This document shows positions 26,950 through 40,795 of a stretch of 64,000 nt of DNA, piece by piece. The translations under genes and the position numbers were made by a program. Where the stretch lies: contig OX597820.1 of the NCBI GenBank assembly GCA_951406725.2, positions 60,512,001-60,576,000 of the forward strand. Reading direction: 5' to 3'. The notes beneath the pieces were generated by a model. The model was given only the letters and a program-made list of their open reading frames with translations, had not been told where the DNA came from and made no database searches. This DNA comes from Octopus vulgaris (Eukaryota). How positions within the stretch are numbered: position 1 is the first letter of the stretch; each line of letters opens with the position of its first letter.

Positions 26950-28200
26950 TAAACTCACATATCCATACATAAAAATATACAAATATTACAGGCACTTCCC
27001 CCCCACACACACACACTAACTAAACATAGACGCACATAGAGATATAAGCATGCGCAAATGAAGACATACAATAGAAATACAAAATGGCTGACGGTTAGTA
27101 AGGAGAGACACAAACAAGAAAGAAGAAAACAAAGAACCACTGATGCGGTCACAGGAGTGTGATGAAAGAACTCTGGCTGAAATAAGATTAAGATTAATGT
27201 AAAAAATAAATAACACTGAAGCAAAATAACACCAAATATATAGTGCGTGTGTTTTTATTGGCTAAACTGGCAAAATGACCATTCCGAAATATAACAATAT
27301 CTGTTTCAACACACGACTTCACATAAAAAATCCTGCACAACAAATATATAAACGTACCAATGTGAGCCATAGCCAGGCTTGCAAGAAGCTGAAGGACACT
27401 ATACTGTTGCCCAAGGAAAACCGTGACAACGTAACAGCTTCATTTTATAAAACAATGTGTCTCGTCCAGAATATGTATCAACAAGGTCACAGCCAACGTT
27501 AAACGGCTTGATCTCACTAAAGGACAGGCTGAAAGGCTAGAAAGGACGCTAATGGTAAATATTAGAAATAAAATATACAGAGAGCTGAGCGAACAAGAGA
27601 AGCGTAAACGTATATTTTTAAAAGAAATTAAAAACATCACCACACGAAAGGAGAAAACCTTACTAATGGATATAATATATGAAGAAAACAGACACGTAAT
27701 ACACCTGTGCAATATCCATTTTAAGAGGAAGTTGTCGTGGTTGAAACAGAAACATCAATATGAGTTCGCAAAGGAAGAAAAGCAGAAGTATCCAGATACA
27801 ATAAATGGAATTATTATGGAAGATGTCCTACTACCAGAAGAGTTCAACAAGGACAATGAAGCGAACATCTATGGGGGAGTAACAACGGACCCAGACGAAA
27901 TATCGATACTTCAACTACCACCAAAGTATGCAGTGTATAGTAAGGAGAATACCATCAAATGTCTGTCCGAGATTGAAAAATCGTTCATAAAAATACGTTG
28001 GAATTTAAATAGGTACAATGACAACAACAACAATAACAACACAGACGACAACAACAACGCGAACAACACTATTATGGATTTGGTAGGTTTGTCTGGCTTT
28101 TCAACAACCTTAATCCTTAGCTTAAGTTTGTCTAGGGTCCTTCTAAAGCGGTACGCCAGTTCACCTGCAGGGGTGGTGTCAACGAACATGACACTCTGGT
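26950..28200 (+). mobile_element. Penelope-like element remnant: pseudo-LTR, N-terminal ORF piece and inverted C-terminal piece
   Basis: ORF from 27552 contains LQLPPKYAV...EIEKSFIKIRW (PLE pre-RT-like). 28070-28200 (-) gives SVMFVDTTPAGEL...LRIKVVEK, homologous to ~11100-11190. 26985-27350 recurs inverted at 37705-38075. Confidence 0.7.
27135..27178 (+). ncRNA. Minimal hammerhead-like motif with variant core (CUGAUGC)
   Basis: CCA-CTGATGC-G-GTCACA ggag TGTGAT-GAAA-GAAC-TC-TGG. Same core in the copy at 37879-37922 (-). Confidence 0.55.
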
Positions 28201-28369
28201 ATTTATATATATACATACATATACACACACATGCATATGCATATATATATTTATGCACAAACATACCCATAGGTACATACATATTTCCTGTGTTGAGAAG
28301 GGAGGATTACTGTAGTAGTTCGTATTTTTCTTTTTGTATAATTATAATAATTATATACAAACATATATA

Positions 28370-28605
28370 TAACAATGAAATTATTGTATACAGTGCTCAG
28401 GTGCACCACAACTTGTCAGACAGTGCATATAAAGCGCATGCAGTAATGTACAAATGTCTGGAAAGCGAACAATGCATGAGTCAGATACATGTTTGTGTGT
28501 ATGGAGGGGAGAAAATCAGGTGTAGTGTTGGCGAATCTCAGAAAGCATGGAAGTTTTGAAGGATGCAGTGCTCCGACAACTAACAACAGATGCCGGCAGT
28601 ATATA
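28370..28605 (-). mobile_element. CR1-type LINE 3' end
   Basis: LPASVVSCRSTASFKTSML plus 3' UTR, shared with 47075-47420. Confidence 0.75.
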
Positions 28606-28822
28606 AACATGCGATATATTTTCTATTGAGGGCTTGAAGTAACTGTCCACAATAAGTGGGTTAGAGTAAACTCTAAGATTAAGTACCTTAATCTTATCTA
28701 CCAAATACTTCAGTTCACTGAAGGGATGGAAGTAAAGTGGGGAACTATGGCCTCTTGGCTGAAACAGCTGTAAGATACTACATTATATATTTTAATAATT
28801 ACTGGTATTTTTATATTTTATA

Positions 28823-29346
28823 TCTATATATATAAAACTGTAGTTGTGTGAGTGTCTGTCTCCTACGATTTAGATTCCTAACTCCTCCCACATTCCACAT
28901 TTTGCGGTGCAGTTTAACCAAATTCGGGTATCTTATAGTCGTGATTAATATCGAGCCCGTCTGGCTATTAGCGCGCGTCTACGATGAGTCTACGATTTAA
29001 AAAATAATTTAACATCATTTTTTATTCTATTTTAATGCATAATTTTTCGTGTGTCAATGGCGGCGGAGTTGGCGTCCACGCTCAAACACTTGCACCTGTG
29101 TTTGCTTCTCCCCCTTCTTCCCTCCCCCGTGAAGCTGTGGGGAAGGGAGTTTAAGGAAATCAACGTCGTAATGCGTTGTCAAGGAGACCAGCGTTCTTTT
29201 AGAACAACGACTTCATGGCTTGAAGACACCAAAACAGAAATGGCTAAGAAAGCCCGAATTGGCATCTATAAAGGAAGTAACTCTCTAAAAATGCTTATAT
29301 AGTTATTTCCCTTACAAACCCGAGCAACGCCGGGCGATACTGCTAG
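28823..29346 (+). mobile_element. Non-autonomous Helitron
   Basis: 5' TC, 3' hairpin CCCGAGCAACGCCGGG then CTAG, inserted between A and T with no TSD. Confidence 0.85.
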
Positions 29347-29846
29347 TATTATATATGTAAAGCATAATATGTTATACATGTATGTATATTGTTATAACTG
29401 TTTTTTTTTTAAATGAATAAATAGACATAATATAATGTCCAAAAGTTGATGAATACTACCTCTTGATCCCCTCCATTTTCTTATTGCTGTATAAATTAAT
29501 GGTAAAATAACTTTTTACCCTTACCCATTTATTACATTCAGTAGTGTAATTACCATGCAATGAAAAAAAGGCTTAATAATTGGTATTCTACCAATTGGGC
29601 ATTCTACCAGCAGTATATTGAACAGATATTATCCCTTAGTTGGTTGGATTCACAACCTCTAACTCTCTTGGAATTATATATATATTATATATATATATGA
29701 AGAGAAAGTGTGTATTTGTTGTGTGAATTTTTTCTTTTTCTTCTTGGTTATTTGTCAGTTTTGATGATAGCTCCTGAAAGCTTATTTACCCTAATATCTC
29801 TAATTCAAACACCATTGTTTGAAATATATATATATATATATATATA

Positions 29847-30331
29847 CTAGCAGTATTGCCCGGCGTTGCTCGGGTTTGTAAGGGAAATAACTATATAAGC
29901 ATTTTTAGAGATTTACTTCCCTTATAGATGCCAATTCGGGCTTTCTTAGCCATTTCTGTTTTGGTGTCTTCAAGCCATGAAGTCGTTGTTCTAAAAGAAC
30001 GCTGGTCTCCTTACACTCCCTTCCCCACAGCTTCACGAGGGAGGGAAGAAGGGGGAGAAGCAAACAGTTGCAGGTGTGACCATGGACGCCAACTCCGCCG
30101 CCATCGACACACGAAAAATTATGCATTAAAATGGAATAAAAAATTATGCTAAATTATTTTTAAAATCGTAGACTTATCGTAGACGCGCGCTAATAGCCAG
30201 ACGGGCTCGATATGAATCACGACTATAAGATACCCGAATTTGGTTAAACTGCACCGCAAAATGTGGGAGTAGTTAGGAATCTAAATCGAAGGGGAAAGAC
30301 ACTCACACAACTACAGTTTTATATATATAGA
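29847..30331 (-). mobile_element. Non-autonomous Helitron, second copy in opposite orientation
   Basis: Reverse complement of 28823-29346 with an internal deletion; same termini and A|T target. Confidence 0.85.
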
Positions 30332-30410
30332 TATATCATCATCATCCTCATCATCATCGTTTAACGACGATGATGATGATGATACACACACATATACATA
30401 TATATATATA

Positions 30411-30749
30411 GGTGTAGGAGTGGCTGTGTGGTAAGTAGCTTGCTTACGAACCACATGGTTCCGGGTTCAGTCCCACTGCATGGCACCTTGGGCAAGTGTC
30501 TTTTACTATAGCCTCGGGCCGACCAAAGCCTTGTGAGTGGATTTGGTAGATGGAAACTGAAAGAAGCCCATCGTGTATATATATATAGGCGCAGGAGTGG
30601 CTGTGGTAAGTAGCTTGCTAACCAGCCACATGGTTCCGGGTTCAGTCCCACTGCGTAGCATCTTGAGCAAGTGTCTTCTGCTATAGCCCCGGGCCGACCA
30701 ATGCCTTGTGAGTGGATTTGGTAGACGGAAACTGAAAGAAGCCCGTCGT
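30411..30749 (+). mobile_element. Two tandem 5' halves of SINE family A
   Basis: Heads start at ~30411 and ~30587. Confidence 0.8.
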
Positions 30750-30756
30750 ATATATG

Positions 30757-30812
<56 letters not shown>

Positions 30813-31435
30813 TAGAGATAAAGCCACTATTAGGCAAATCATACAATGAAAAACTTAAGCCAATACATGAGTGGTACGGTGTTAAGTAATGGGAGACTTG
30901 GCTGCTACTTCTAGAAAATCGACGTCCACATAAAGGCGCCGTAGCTGTTGTCTCCCTTGCCATTCATAACTAGTGTTGAGGACATAAATTCACATTTCTA
31001 GTCACGTCCGCTACAAAACTAGTATTTAAATCCAATTTTCTCTTCTTTTGTCTTGCAAGATTGTGAGTTATAACTGAAGGGAGATTTGACTGCTACTACA
31101 ATAAATTTATGAATGATATGAAATCGTATACAGATAGGAATGAAAACCAAATTGAACGCTTTACTTAACCAACATTGTACTTCTCTTCCCTATTTTGTTC
31201 ATCATTAACCTTAATTTTATAATTATGATAGTATTGATCTCTGTGGTAGATTTTTGATGCGGGAACGAAAATGTTTTGGAAAAGAGAATACGTATGAAAT
31301 AATAGAGAAATAAAATGGAGTGATTGAAGAGTGTCAAAATTGAGTCAATGTTGTTTAGCCCCAGGTCAGTCCTGTTTGAGTAGATGTATTCAAAAGCATT
31401 CTATTAATGACCATATTATCTTAAGTAAATATATA

Positions 31436-31856
31436 GGCGCAAGAGTGGCTGTGTGGTAAGTAGCTTGTTTACCAACCACATGGTTCTGGGTTCAGTCCCA
31501 CTGTGTAGCACCTTGGGCAAGTGTCTACTATAGCCTCGGGCCGACCAAAGCCTTGTGAGTGGATTTGGTAGACGGAAACTGAAAGAAGCCAGTCGTATAT
31601 ATGTATATATATGTATGTGCGTGTATTTTTGTGTGTCTGTGTTTGTCCCCCTAGCATTGATTGACAACTGATACTGGTGTGTTTATGACCCCGTCACTTA
31701 GCGGTTCAGCAAAAGAATCCAATAGAATAAGTACTGGGCTTACAAAGAATAAGTACTGGGCTTACAAAGAATAAGTCTCGGGGTTGAGTTGCTCGATTAA
31801 AGGTGGTGCTCCAGCATGGCCACAGTCAAAATGACTGAAACAAGTAAAAAGAGAAA
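31436..31856 (+). mobile_element. SINE family A, full length
   Basis: Matches 246-650, with a 22-bp internal tandem duplication. Other copies at 37491-37649, 39025-39238, 46391-46797, 60405-60912 (+) and 62136-62541 (-). Confidence 0.85.
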
Positions 31857-32321
31857 AGATATATATATATATGCAAAGTGTAGTGAACACTTTATCCAAT
31901 GAGTCATTCTGTTTGAAGACTAGGGGGCAATTTTTAGTAGACAAAATGGTCACATAGTGGATTCTTCATTTATTCATTACTGGTGGTACATTTGTACACT
32001 ACTGCAATGAGTGCACAGAAGAACAGATTATTCTTGCTGTAAATGATAAGCAGAAGACAATAATGTTTAGCAGATATAATGTATATATTCTGCAAACAGT
32101 GTTAATTTTGTTCCTCAATACTGCAAATGTAGCTATCATCATCATCATCGTTTAACGTCCACTTTCCATACTAGCATGGGTTGGGAGATTTGACTGAGGA
32201 CTGGCAAACCAGATGGCTGCACCAGGCTCCAATCTGATCTGGCAGTGTTTCTACAGCTGGATGCCCTTCCTAACGCCAACCACTCAGAGAGTGTAGTGGG
32301 TGCTTTTATGTGAGCCATATA

Positions 32322-32792
32322 CCATAAATCCTCGAGTATAATCTGTATTTTTTTCCCAAAATGTAAAGGTCAAATTCTCTAGTGCCTACTATATACGAGG
32401 TTAAAAATGAAAAATATTTTCTAAGCAATGTTCGAGTCTCTATTTGCTGTCCGGCAATGTTTATTCAGACACATTTTGTGATGAAGTCATCCATAACTTG
32501 CAGTAAGCAACATTTATTAAAATAAAAGTATTTATAACACAGAATAACATGTAACAAAAACAATTTGCAAACATATTTACATTCCCACACAACAGTTAAG
32601 AACATCACCATTATCGTATTATGCATGTGCAGAAGTGTTTGTTCGACTAGCTGCTGCTGGCTTAATTACACACGACTTAAGTTAGAGAAGGAGTGCTTAT
32701 TATACACAAGGTTTAGGTTTTTCAGAGGTACAGCCCCCTAAAAATCCCCTGCGTATTATACTCAAAGGCGGACTATACTCGAGGATTTACGG
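32322..32792. mobile_element. MITE of the Tc1/mariner superfamily (Tc2/pogo-like termini)
   Basis: TIRs CCATAAATCCTCGAGTATAATCTG / CGGACTATACTCGAGGATTTACGG flanked by TA on both sides; no ORF. Confidence 0.75.
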
Positions 32793-33877
32793 TATATGAG
32801 AATTTTGTTTTGCAATCTCATATGTTTGATCTATATTTTACTGCATCACACCATAACCAAGAGTTTTCAACTATAACATCAGGTTGACTCAAGCAACATA
32901 AGTGAAAACTGGTTGATAGAAATTGCACTGAATTGCATTGTATTTGTTGTGGGGAGGCAGATCTAAGTCATTATATTTAACATTGCCACTCAGTCCTTGG
33001 TTATTTTTAGTAGAATCCAGAGTATTGCAAGAATTCAGAGCAGATCTTTGGCCTGAGGATAATTCATGAATTGTGTTTTTATTTTCTGTCTGCTTCCACG
33101 CCAATCTTGGAAGTCTGCAGAAATGATTATGAGTACTGCAAACTTCCTCTTCCAACAAAACCATGAAAAATACATCCAAATGTAAATGCTAGTATGAATA
33201 AGATGGGTTGTTTTTAAAATAACCGATTTTACAAATGGATGGCTTTTCACTGTTAACCCTAGACTTATGAAGGAAGCAGTAAATTGATGATTAGATATAC
33301 AAAAAAAAAAAAAAAAAAAAGGCAAGTTAAGTGCTTTGTCTTAGAGAGAAAGCACAATTGCTGTAGTTATATCTTAGCCTTTGAGCCCTTTTATATGGAA
33401 TGTCAATTTCAGAAAGATTATTTTCAAAATAGGCCATAGGATCCATTCTGGTGGTCCTATTGATCTTCTTAAGGACAGGCAATATGAATGTATTACAGAA
33501 CAGTTGATGGCAGAATTGTTAGCACACCAGGCAAAGTGCTTAGCAGCATTTCTTCAATCTTCAACATTCTGTATTCAAATTCTGTCATGGTTTACTTTGT
33601 CTTTCATCCTTTTGGGGTCATTGAAATAAGTGCCAGTTGTGGGCTGGGATCAATGTAATCGATTTACCCTCACCCCCAGAATTGCTGATGTTGTCTCAAA
33701 ATGTCAAACCATATCATCAAATTTACTGTAGTTGAGTGCACAAAAGTCTGTAAAGTACTGCCCACTATTGAAGTTGTACAACAGCAAGAAGTACACTGTA
33801 CTTTAATTTCATGATGAACAAAGACTGGTTTACATTGAAATTATATTGTTAACTGATTTTTTTTTGTTTTATTTTAA

Positions 33878-34039
<162 letters not shown>

Positions 34040-35499
34040 TGAGTCTTATTCTTAACAAAGTTTTCAATCTTCTATACAAAGACTATAAATACTTTGATGC
34101 CAGTGCCATAATTCATGCCACCACACTTTTAACTGTAGTTATTGTAGTCATGGTTCTTCATCACTGCAGCTTCCATTTTTTAGTGCCTATAATGAAACAT
34201 AAGTGATGGTATATGGCTTAGTGGTTAAGGGTGTTACACTGTTGTAAGATCATGGTTCAGTTTCTGGACTGGGTGACACATTGTTCTTGTATAAAACATT
34301 TCATTTCCTGTTGCTGTTGTCCACTCAACAGTAAATGAGTTCCAGCAGTGGCTGGGAAATTAACCTTGCAATGGACAAGTGTCTTGTTCAGTGTGCACAT
34401 GTTGGGGAGAGTCTTTTAATTTTAGTCATATGCCTTGCAAACTAGTTTTAAACCCTGGCCTTATGAGTCTTGGGGAACATGACACCTAATGAAGCATATT
34501 GTATTTGGTCCTTTGAATAAAACTGGTTCAAAATTTACAACTATTGTTAAGGTAAGAAAAGGAGGGGTAGGGTGGGAGCTGCAAACAAAAAATTGAAATA
34601 TGTATTATTACTATATTTCTGATAATTAATGATCAATTTGTGAAGAAACCTATATGGATTAGCATTCTAAAGACAACAAAAAAAAATCCTGTGATGTTTA
34701 AAAACTGAAAATAAACAATAAAAATTACAGTCTAATCCAAATTATGTTGTTTATCTCTAGGCTAAACCGTGATTAAGAAAACTTATGATCAAAGACATTC
34801 CAGCCTTGACCACTCCATATTTTTGCAATATCATTAATTTCATTGTATAATGTAACTCTCAGTTTTTAAGGTAGCTGTGTGTATTTTGAGGGAGATTTAA
34901 TTATTCTGAGTTGGATAAATGATCATATAGAAATTCTCTCATTAACTTGGTCATGAATATATAGCAGGAATATCTAGTCTGGATATTGATTAGGACAAAG
35001 AGAAGGTTTCTGGTGGCATATAAAGCGCACTTCTTTATCCAAAAAAATGTCTCAAAAAGATCAGCCTGGGTTCTGTATGTGAAGTTAAATTTATATTACA
35101 CACCTTAACATTTTAGCATTCAAATAATCCTGTCAAATGTAATACTTGCTTGTTCATATTGTTTTTAACTCATCACTTCATGATCTCAATGATGTGACTT
35201 TATTTTTAGAATGACATTGTAAAGTAGGTGTTTGAACATAAAACTAATTTGAGCATAAAACAGGTAGAACATTTCGGCTGAAGATGACTAGTTTAAATGC
35301 TAAAGAGTTAATGCACCAAAACTTTTTTTGCTATAATATGCAGTGCTAAAACTGGGGTGCATCTAATATGCTGGTGTGTCTTTTATGCCATCAAATAAGG
35401 TAATTACCAAAGCAGAAGGAAGCAAGGAGGCAAAGGATAATAAAAGCTCAGAACTTTAAATGTACCAATAGCAAGTTATAATTATTATTATTATTATTA

Positions 35500-35930
35500 T
35501 TGAGTGAGAGAGCAGTTCATGCCATCAAAGTGACACTGGGGTAAAATATACGAAGCCCAATATACCCATCATGACTACCCGTCTGATAAGGGTACACCAG
35601 GCACAGGCATCACAACCATATGTGCGCGACATGGTGATCTCATATCAAGATAAACAGCACATGACCTTGCAGGTGGGGCCCAGTTAGAATTTTCTTCAGG
35701 TCGAGTAACCCATCCCACTCGAAAGGTCCCTGAATAAGGGTAGTTTAAGGATGTTGAACGAAACACCCATGTTTCCAGAGGTGAATTATTCAAACCCCAA
35801 AGAATCCCTCTCAACACACGGCTATGATGCTCCCCCACTACCTCTGCTCGTGATCAGAGATGCACATATTGTCAGCCACTAAGGGACATGCTCAACTGGT
35901 TAAGGTCAAACAACTGACAAGCAAATCTGT
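35500..35930 (-). mobile_element. Probable SINE-like interspersed repeat
   Basis: GC-richer block bounded by (TTA)n tails; single copy here, family not assigned. Confidence 0.4.
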
Positions 35931-37652
35931 GATTATTATTATTATTATTTTATTTTATTTTTTTTTTGAAATGGTTATTTTCTAGCATTTATATTTCTAA
36001 AGTGTTCAGCAGTTTTTCATGATAATACTAATACATTGCAATAACTAGATCTAAAAATAATAAAATATTGTCTTGAAGAATGATTTAATTGACTGGCCCA
36101 CCCCTCCCCTAAAATTTCAGGCCTTGTGCCTAGAGTAGAAAAGAAATACGAAGAGATGATAGATTTCTTCTAGCTGTAATAAACTCTATTGCAGTTATTT
36201 TTGTAGTGTAATAATTTGCAGCACTTTTAAGCAGTTGGATAAAGTTTCTGAGTAAATCCTGAATAAAATTAAACAGGTACTTTTGTGAAATTACCCAAGT
36301 GGAAATTTTGTCATAGGTTTTCTTGTGAAAATATTTGGAAAATTTGTGAACATCATTACTGAGCTATTAACGCCAGAAATCAAATTCAAAGTAACTTGGT
36401 GAAATAGTCAGATTCTCTGTATTTATATTTTACCAACTTAAAAAAAAACAAAAACAACAACAACAAAAAAAAACAAACAAAAAAACTGGAGTTGGCAAGA
36501 GCTAGCAAAATTGTTAAGACATTAAACAAAAAATCTTGTGGTATTTGTTACAGCTCTTTACATTCTGATTTCAAATCCTGCTAAGGTGTTTACTTTTCAT
36601 ACTTTTTTTTTGGTGGGGTGGGGGGGGGGGGGGGTGATAAAATATTGATCAGTTATAGGGTTGATGTAATTGACTAACTCCTCCCATCAAAATGCTGGAA
36701 TTGTGCTTAAAATAGAAATCCTTAATTAGTAATTTTTTAATAAATTGTATTAATTATTAATTTTAAAAAATTATTTGGCACTTTTCTTCAAGTTATGAGA
36801 CATAAAGAAAGTATTCTTACTTAGGCTATTAACTTTTTATGGAGCATAGGCAATCAATAACTCTACTGTCCTTAATACTGGTTGTCACCATAACACAAGA
36901 ATTGAACCTTGTGATAGATAAGAATTATGAACATTGTCAAAAATTGAGTAATTCCAAATTTAGTAGTCTGTATCTTGAATAATCGGTATAAGAAATAAAA
37001 GTTATTTTCTAATACTATCCATTTCTCTTTTGAAATTAAAACCTATCTTTGGCACTTATTCATTCTATATTCATCATCATCATCATCCATCCTATCTTCA
37101 TTTAACGTCCATGTTTCATGCTGGCATGGGTTGGATGGCTTGACAGGATCTGATGTGTCCAGGGATTGCATCATGCTCTAGTATCTGCTTTGGTATGGTT
37201 TCTATGGCTGGATGTCCTTCCTAACATCAAGCACTTCGTAGCATGTACTGGGTGACTTCTTTTTGGTGCCACTAGCACTAGTGAAGTTACCATGCAGCTG
37301 GCAGGACTATGGAAACCAAGGTCAGAGTATAGGGTTTGAAGCTTTATGCAAGAAGATGAGAGGTTTAATCCTTTAGCATTTAATCTGGCTATATCAGGCT
37401 CAAATATTCTACAGGTTTTATGTTCAAATTGACCAAATTCAGCCATTCACACTTATTCTATAATATCATTCTAAAAATTTACTAACACGTCACAGGAGTG
37501 GCTGTGTGGTAAGTTGCTTGCTTGCCAACCACATGGTTCCAGGTTCATTCCCACTGCGTTGCACTTTGAGCAAGTGTTTACTATAGCCTCAGGCCGACCA
37601 AAGCCTTGTGAGTGGATTTGGTAGATAGAAACTGAAAGAAGCCTGTCGTATG

Positions 37653-37704
<52 letters not shown>

Positions 37705-37713
<9 letters not shown>

Positions 37714-38075
37714 TTGTTGTGCAAGATTTTTTATGTGAAGTTGTGTGTTGAAACAGATATTGTTATATTTCGGAATAGTCATTTTGCCAGTTTAGCCAAT
37801 AAAAACACACGCACTAAATATTTGGTGTTACTTTGCTTCAGTGTTATTTATTTTTTACATTAATCTTAATCTTATTTCAACCAGAGTTCTTTCATCACAC
37901 TCCTGTGACCGCATCAGTGGTCCTTTGTTTTCTTCTTTCTTATTTGTGTCTCTCCTTACTAACCGTCAGCCATTTTGTATGTCTTCATTTGCGCATGCTT
38001 ATATCTCTATGTGCGTCTATGTTTATTTAGTGTGTGTGTGTGTGTGGTTGGGATGCCTGTAATATTTGTATCTTC
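37705..38075 (-). mobile_element. Solo PLE pseudo-LTR copy with hammerhead-like motif at 37879-37922
   Basis: Near-identical reverse complement of 26985-27350. Confidence 0.75.
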
Positions 38076-38439
38076 TGTTTATATACGTTCATGTAATTTG
38101 TTTTTGTTGTTGTTTTTGTTTATTCTTATTTTGTTCATGTGTTTACATCCACTTATTATTATCATTACATATGCTTGTATGTATGTATGTATAACAACAA
38201 TACTAGTAATAATAATAAATCCAAAAAAATCTTTTAAATAAAAAAACAAACTTATATAGTTATTTATTTCTATTTGTTTATTTATCTGTGTATTTTATTT
38301 ATTATGTTTTCAGTTTTGTTTATATTGTAAAATAATAAATAAAATACACAGATAAATAAACAAATAGAAATAAATAACTATATAATCAAAAATCAAAATC
38401 AAATTCAAACCAAATCAAATTAGATATCAGAAAGCAGAA

Positions 38440-38938
38440 CCAAAATCGAAGCCGATCAACATCAATGGAAATTGCAGCTGTGATACCAGTGCCGGTGACA
38501 AGTAAGCGAACCATCCGATCATGGCCATTGCCAGCGCCGCCCCGACTGGCCTCCGTGCCGGTTGCACGTAAAAAGCACCATCCGTTCGTGGCCGTTGCCA
38601 GCCTCGCCTGGCCCCCGTGCCGGTGGCACATAAAAGCACCATCCGTTCGTGGCCGTTGCCAGCCTCGCCTGGCCCCCGTGCCGGTGGCACGTAAAAGCAC
38701 CATCCGTCCGTGGCCGTCTGCCAGCTCTGTCTGGCACCTGTGCGGGTGGCACGTAAAAAGCACCCACTACACTCACGGAGTGGTTGGCGTTAGGAAGGGC
38801 ATCCAGCCGTAGAAACACTGTCAGATCAGACTGGGCCTGAAGCAGCCTTCTGGCTTCACAGACCCCAGTTGAACCGTCCAACCCATGCTAGCATGGAAAG
38901 CGGATGTTAAATGATGATGATGATGATGATGATGATGA
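38440..38938 (-). mobile_element. Retroposon with (GAT)n/(ATC)n terminus and internal ~59-bp GC-rich tandem repeat (about 3.5 units)
   Basis: Unit CCCCGTGCCGGTGGCACGTAAAAGCACCATCCGTTCGTGGCCGTTGCCAGCCTCGCCTGG. The terminal part is shared in opposite orientation with 32135-32312 and 37075-37280. Strand assignment tentative. Confidence 0.65.
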
Positions 38939-40430
38939 TAACTCAGAGTAACAGGTTTTGTTGAATTTTCTGCTGCTTTAAATAAAGTATATGTATATAT
39001 ATGTATGTATATATGTGTGTATGTGTGTGTGTGTCTGTGTTTGTCCCCCCAACATCGCTTGACAACCGATGCTGGTTTGTTTACGTCCCCGTAACTTAGC
39101 AGTTCAGCCTAAGTGACCGATAGAATAAGTACTAGGCTTACAAAGAATAAGTCCTGGCGTCGATTTGCTCGGCTAAAGGTGGTGCTCCAGCATGGCCGCA
39201 GTCAAATGACTGAAACAAGTAAAAGAGAGTAAAAGAGACATCATTGAAGTCTAGAAGCAGTGAAATAATAAATGATTAAGTCAAACCAATTTGAACAGAT
39301 AAACATTATGCTTAACAGAATAATCTGAATGCTAAAGAGTTAAAATATAATTAAAAGCACAGAATGTGGAATAATTATTTTAAAGAAGTAAATTGTTGTA
39401 ACACATCGATCCTAAAACTATCTTACAATTTTGTAAAAAGAGTTTCAGATGCAGGCATGGTTGTAGGAAATTTGCTTTGTAACCATATGGTTTTAGGTCC
39501 ACTTGTACTACACGGCACATTTACTATAGTCTCAGGTTAACCAGAGCCTTGTGAGTGAATTTGGCAGACAGAAATTGTGTGGAAGCCTATTGCGATGTGC
39601 ATGTGTGTGTGTGTGTGTGTGTGTGTGAACGTGTGTGTTTGTCACACCATCACCTGAAAATAGATGCTGGTTTGTTTACGTCCACGTAAATAAGCAGTTC
39701 GACAAAAGAGGGGAATAGAAATATAAATCAGACTTTTAAAAAAAGGGCGATCTTTCGTTTGTAGTAGCACGTTTCCATCGATGATTTCCGTAAAAAACTT
39801 TTATTTTTTTACATATGGGCTTGCGGGAACATTTGAAGTAATGAGAGCGAAAGAGACTAAGAGAAAGCGATTTTATGACGAGGGAATTTCTTTTGAAGTT
39901 ACCGAAGCATTGATGTACATGTGTGTGTGTGTGCGCGCGTGTGTGTGTGTGTTTGATGGGGTGTGGGAAACGGACAGTATGTTGTGTAAGTGAAGTGCTT
40001 CTGTTAGTGTGTGTGAAGAGATAGAGAGAGTAATGTGTGAAAGAGAGAGATAACTGAAATTTTTTACTCGGTGTATGTGTATATGTATGTATGCATGTAT
40101 CTGTGTATGTATGTGTGTATGTATCTATGTATGTGTGTGTGTATGTATGTATGTATGTATGGCCGATTCAGTGTACACTGAATCGGCCATACATACATAC
40201 ATGGATACATACACACACTCACATACATGATTAGATTATTGCGAGCAGGACATCTTAAATGAACTGCGAGACTTCTTGTCTTCCTCACAGTTATCTCCCT
40301 TTAAGAACATTCATAGTCTTTGTCTCTGCAAACCATTACTAGTTTCTTTGGCTTCTACTGTTTTCAGTTACATGATTTTTCTGTTTTCTTTTCCTTTACA
40401 TTGTTAATTCTTGTTTTTGCTTTTCTTTAA

Positions 40431-40613
<183 letters not shown>

Positions 40614-40626
40614 ATTTAGAATGAGC

Positions 40627-40632
40627 AATAAA
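40627..40632 (+). promoter_or_regulatory. Candidate polyadenylation signal of TDO2
   Basis: AATAAA begins 14 nt after the stop codon. The AT-rich context makes a chance occurrence possible. Confidence 0.4.
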
Positions 40633-40795
40633 ACCTGTTATGAAATGATTATGGAGAAAAATACATTTACACAAATAGCTAACAGGGTGCTATCTGTAAT
40701 ATTTCGATAAATTTTCTTATTTTTCTCCATTAAAATTGATTAAAATGTTTGATTCAAATTTTTTCCCATTGAACTTCTTTCGCATTTATAGATTA

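Noticed and set aside
27552-28559. 335-aa ORF as a host gene
   Set aside because: Chimeric read-through: PLE N-terminal fragment, then an inverted PLE piece, simple repeats and antisense CR1 UTR.
38545-38765. CRISPR-like array
   Set aside because: Contiguous ~59-bp tandem units without unique spacers, in eukaryotic DNA with no cas genes.
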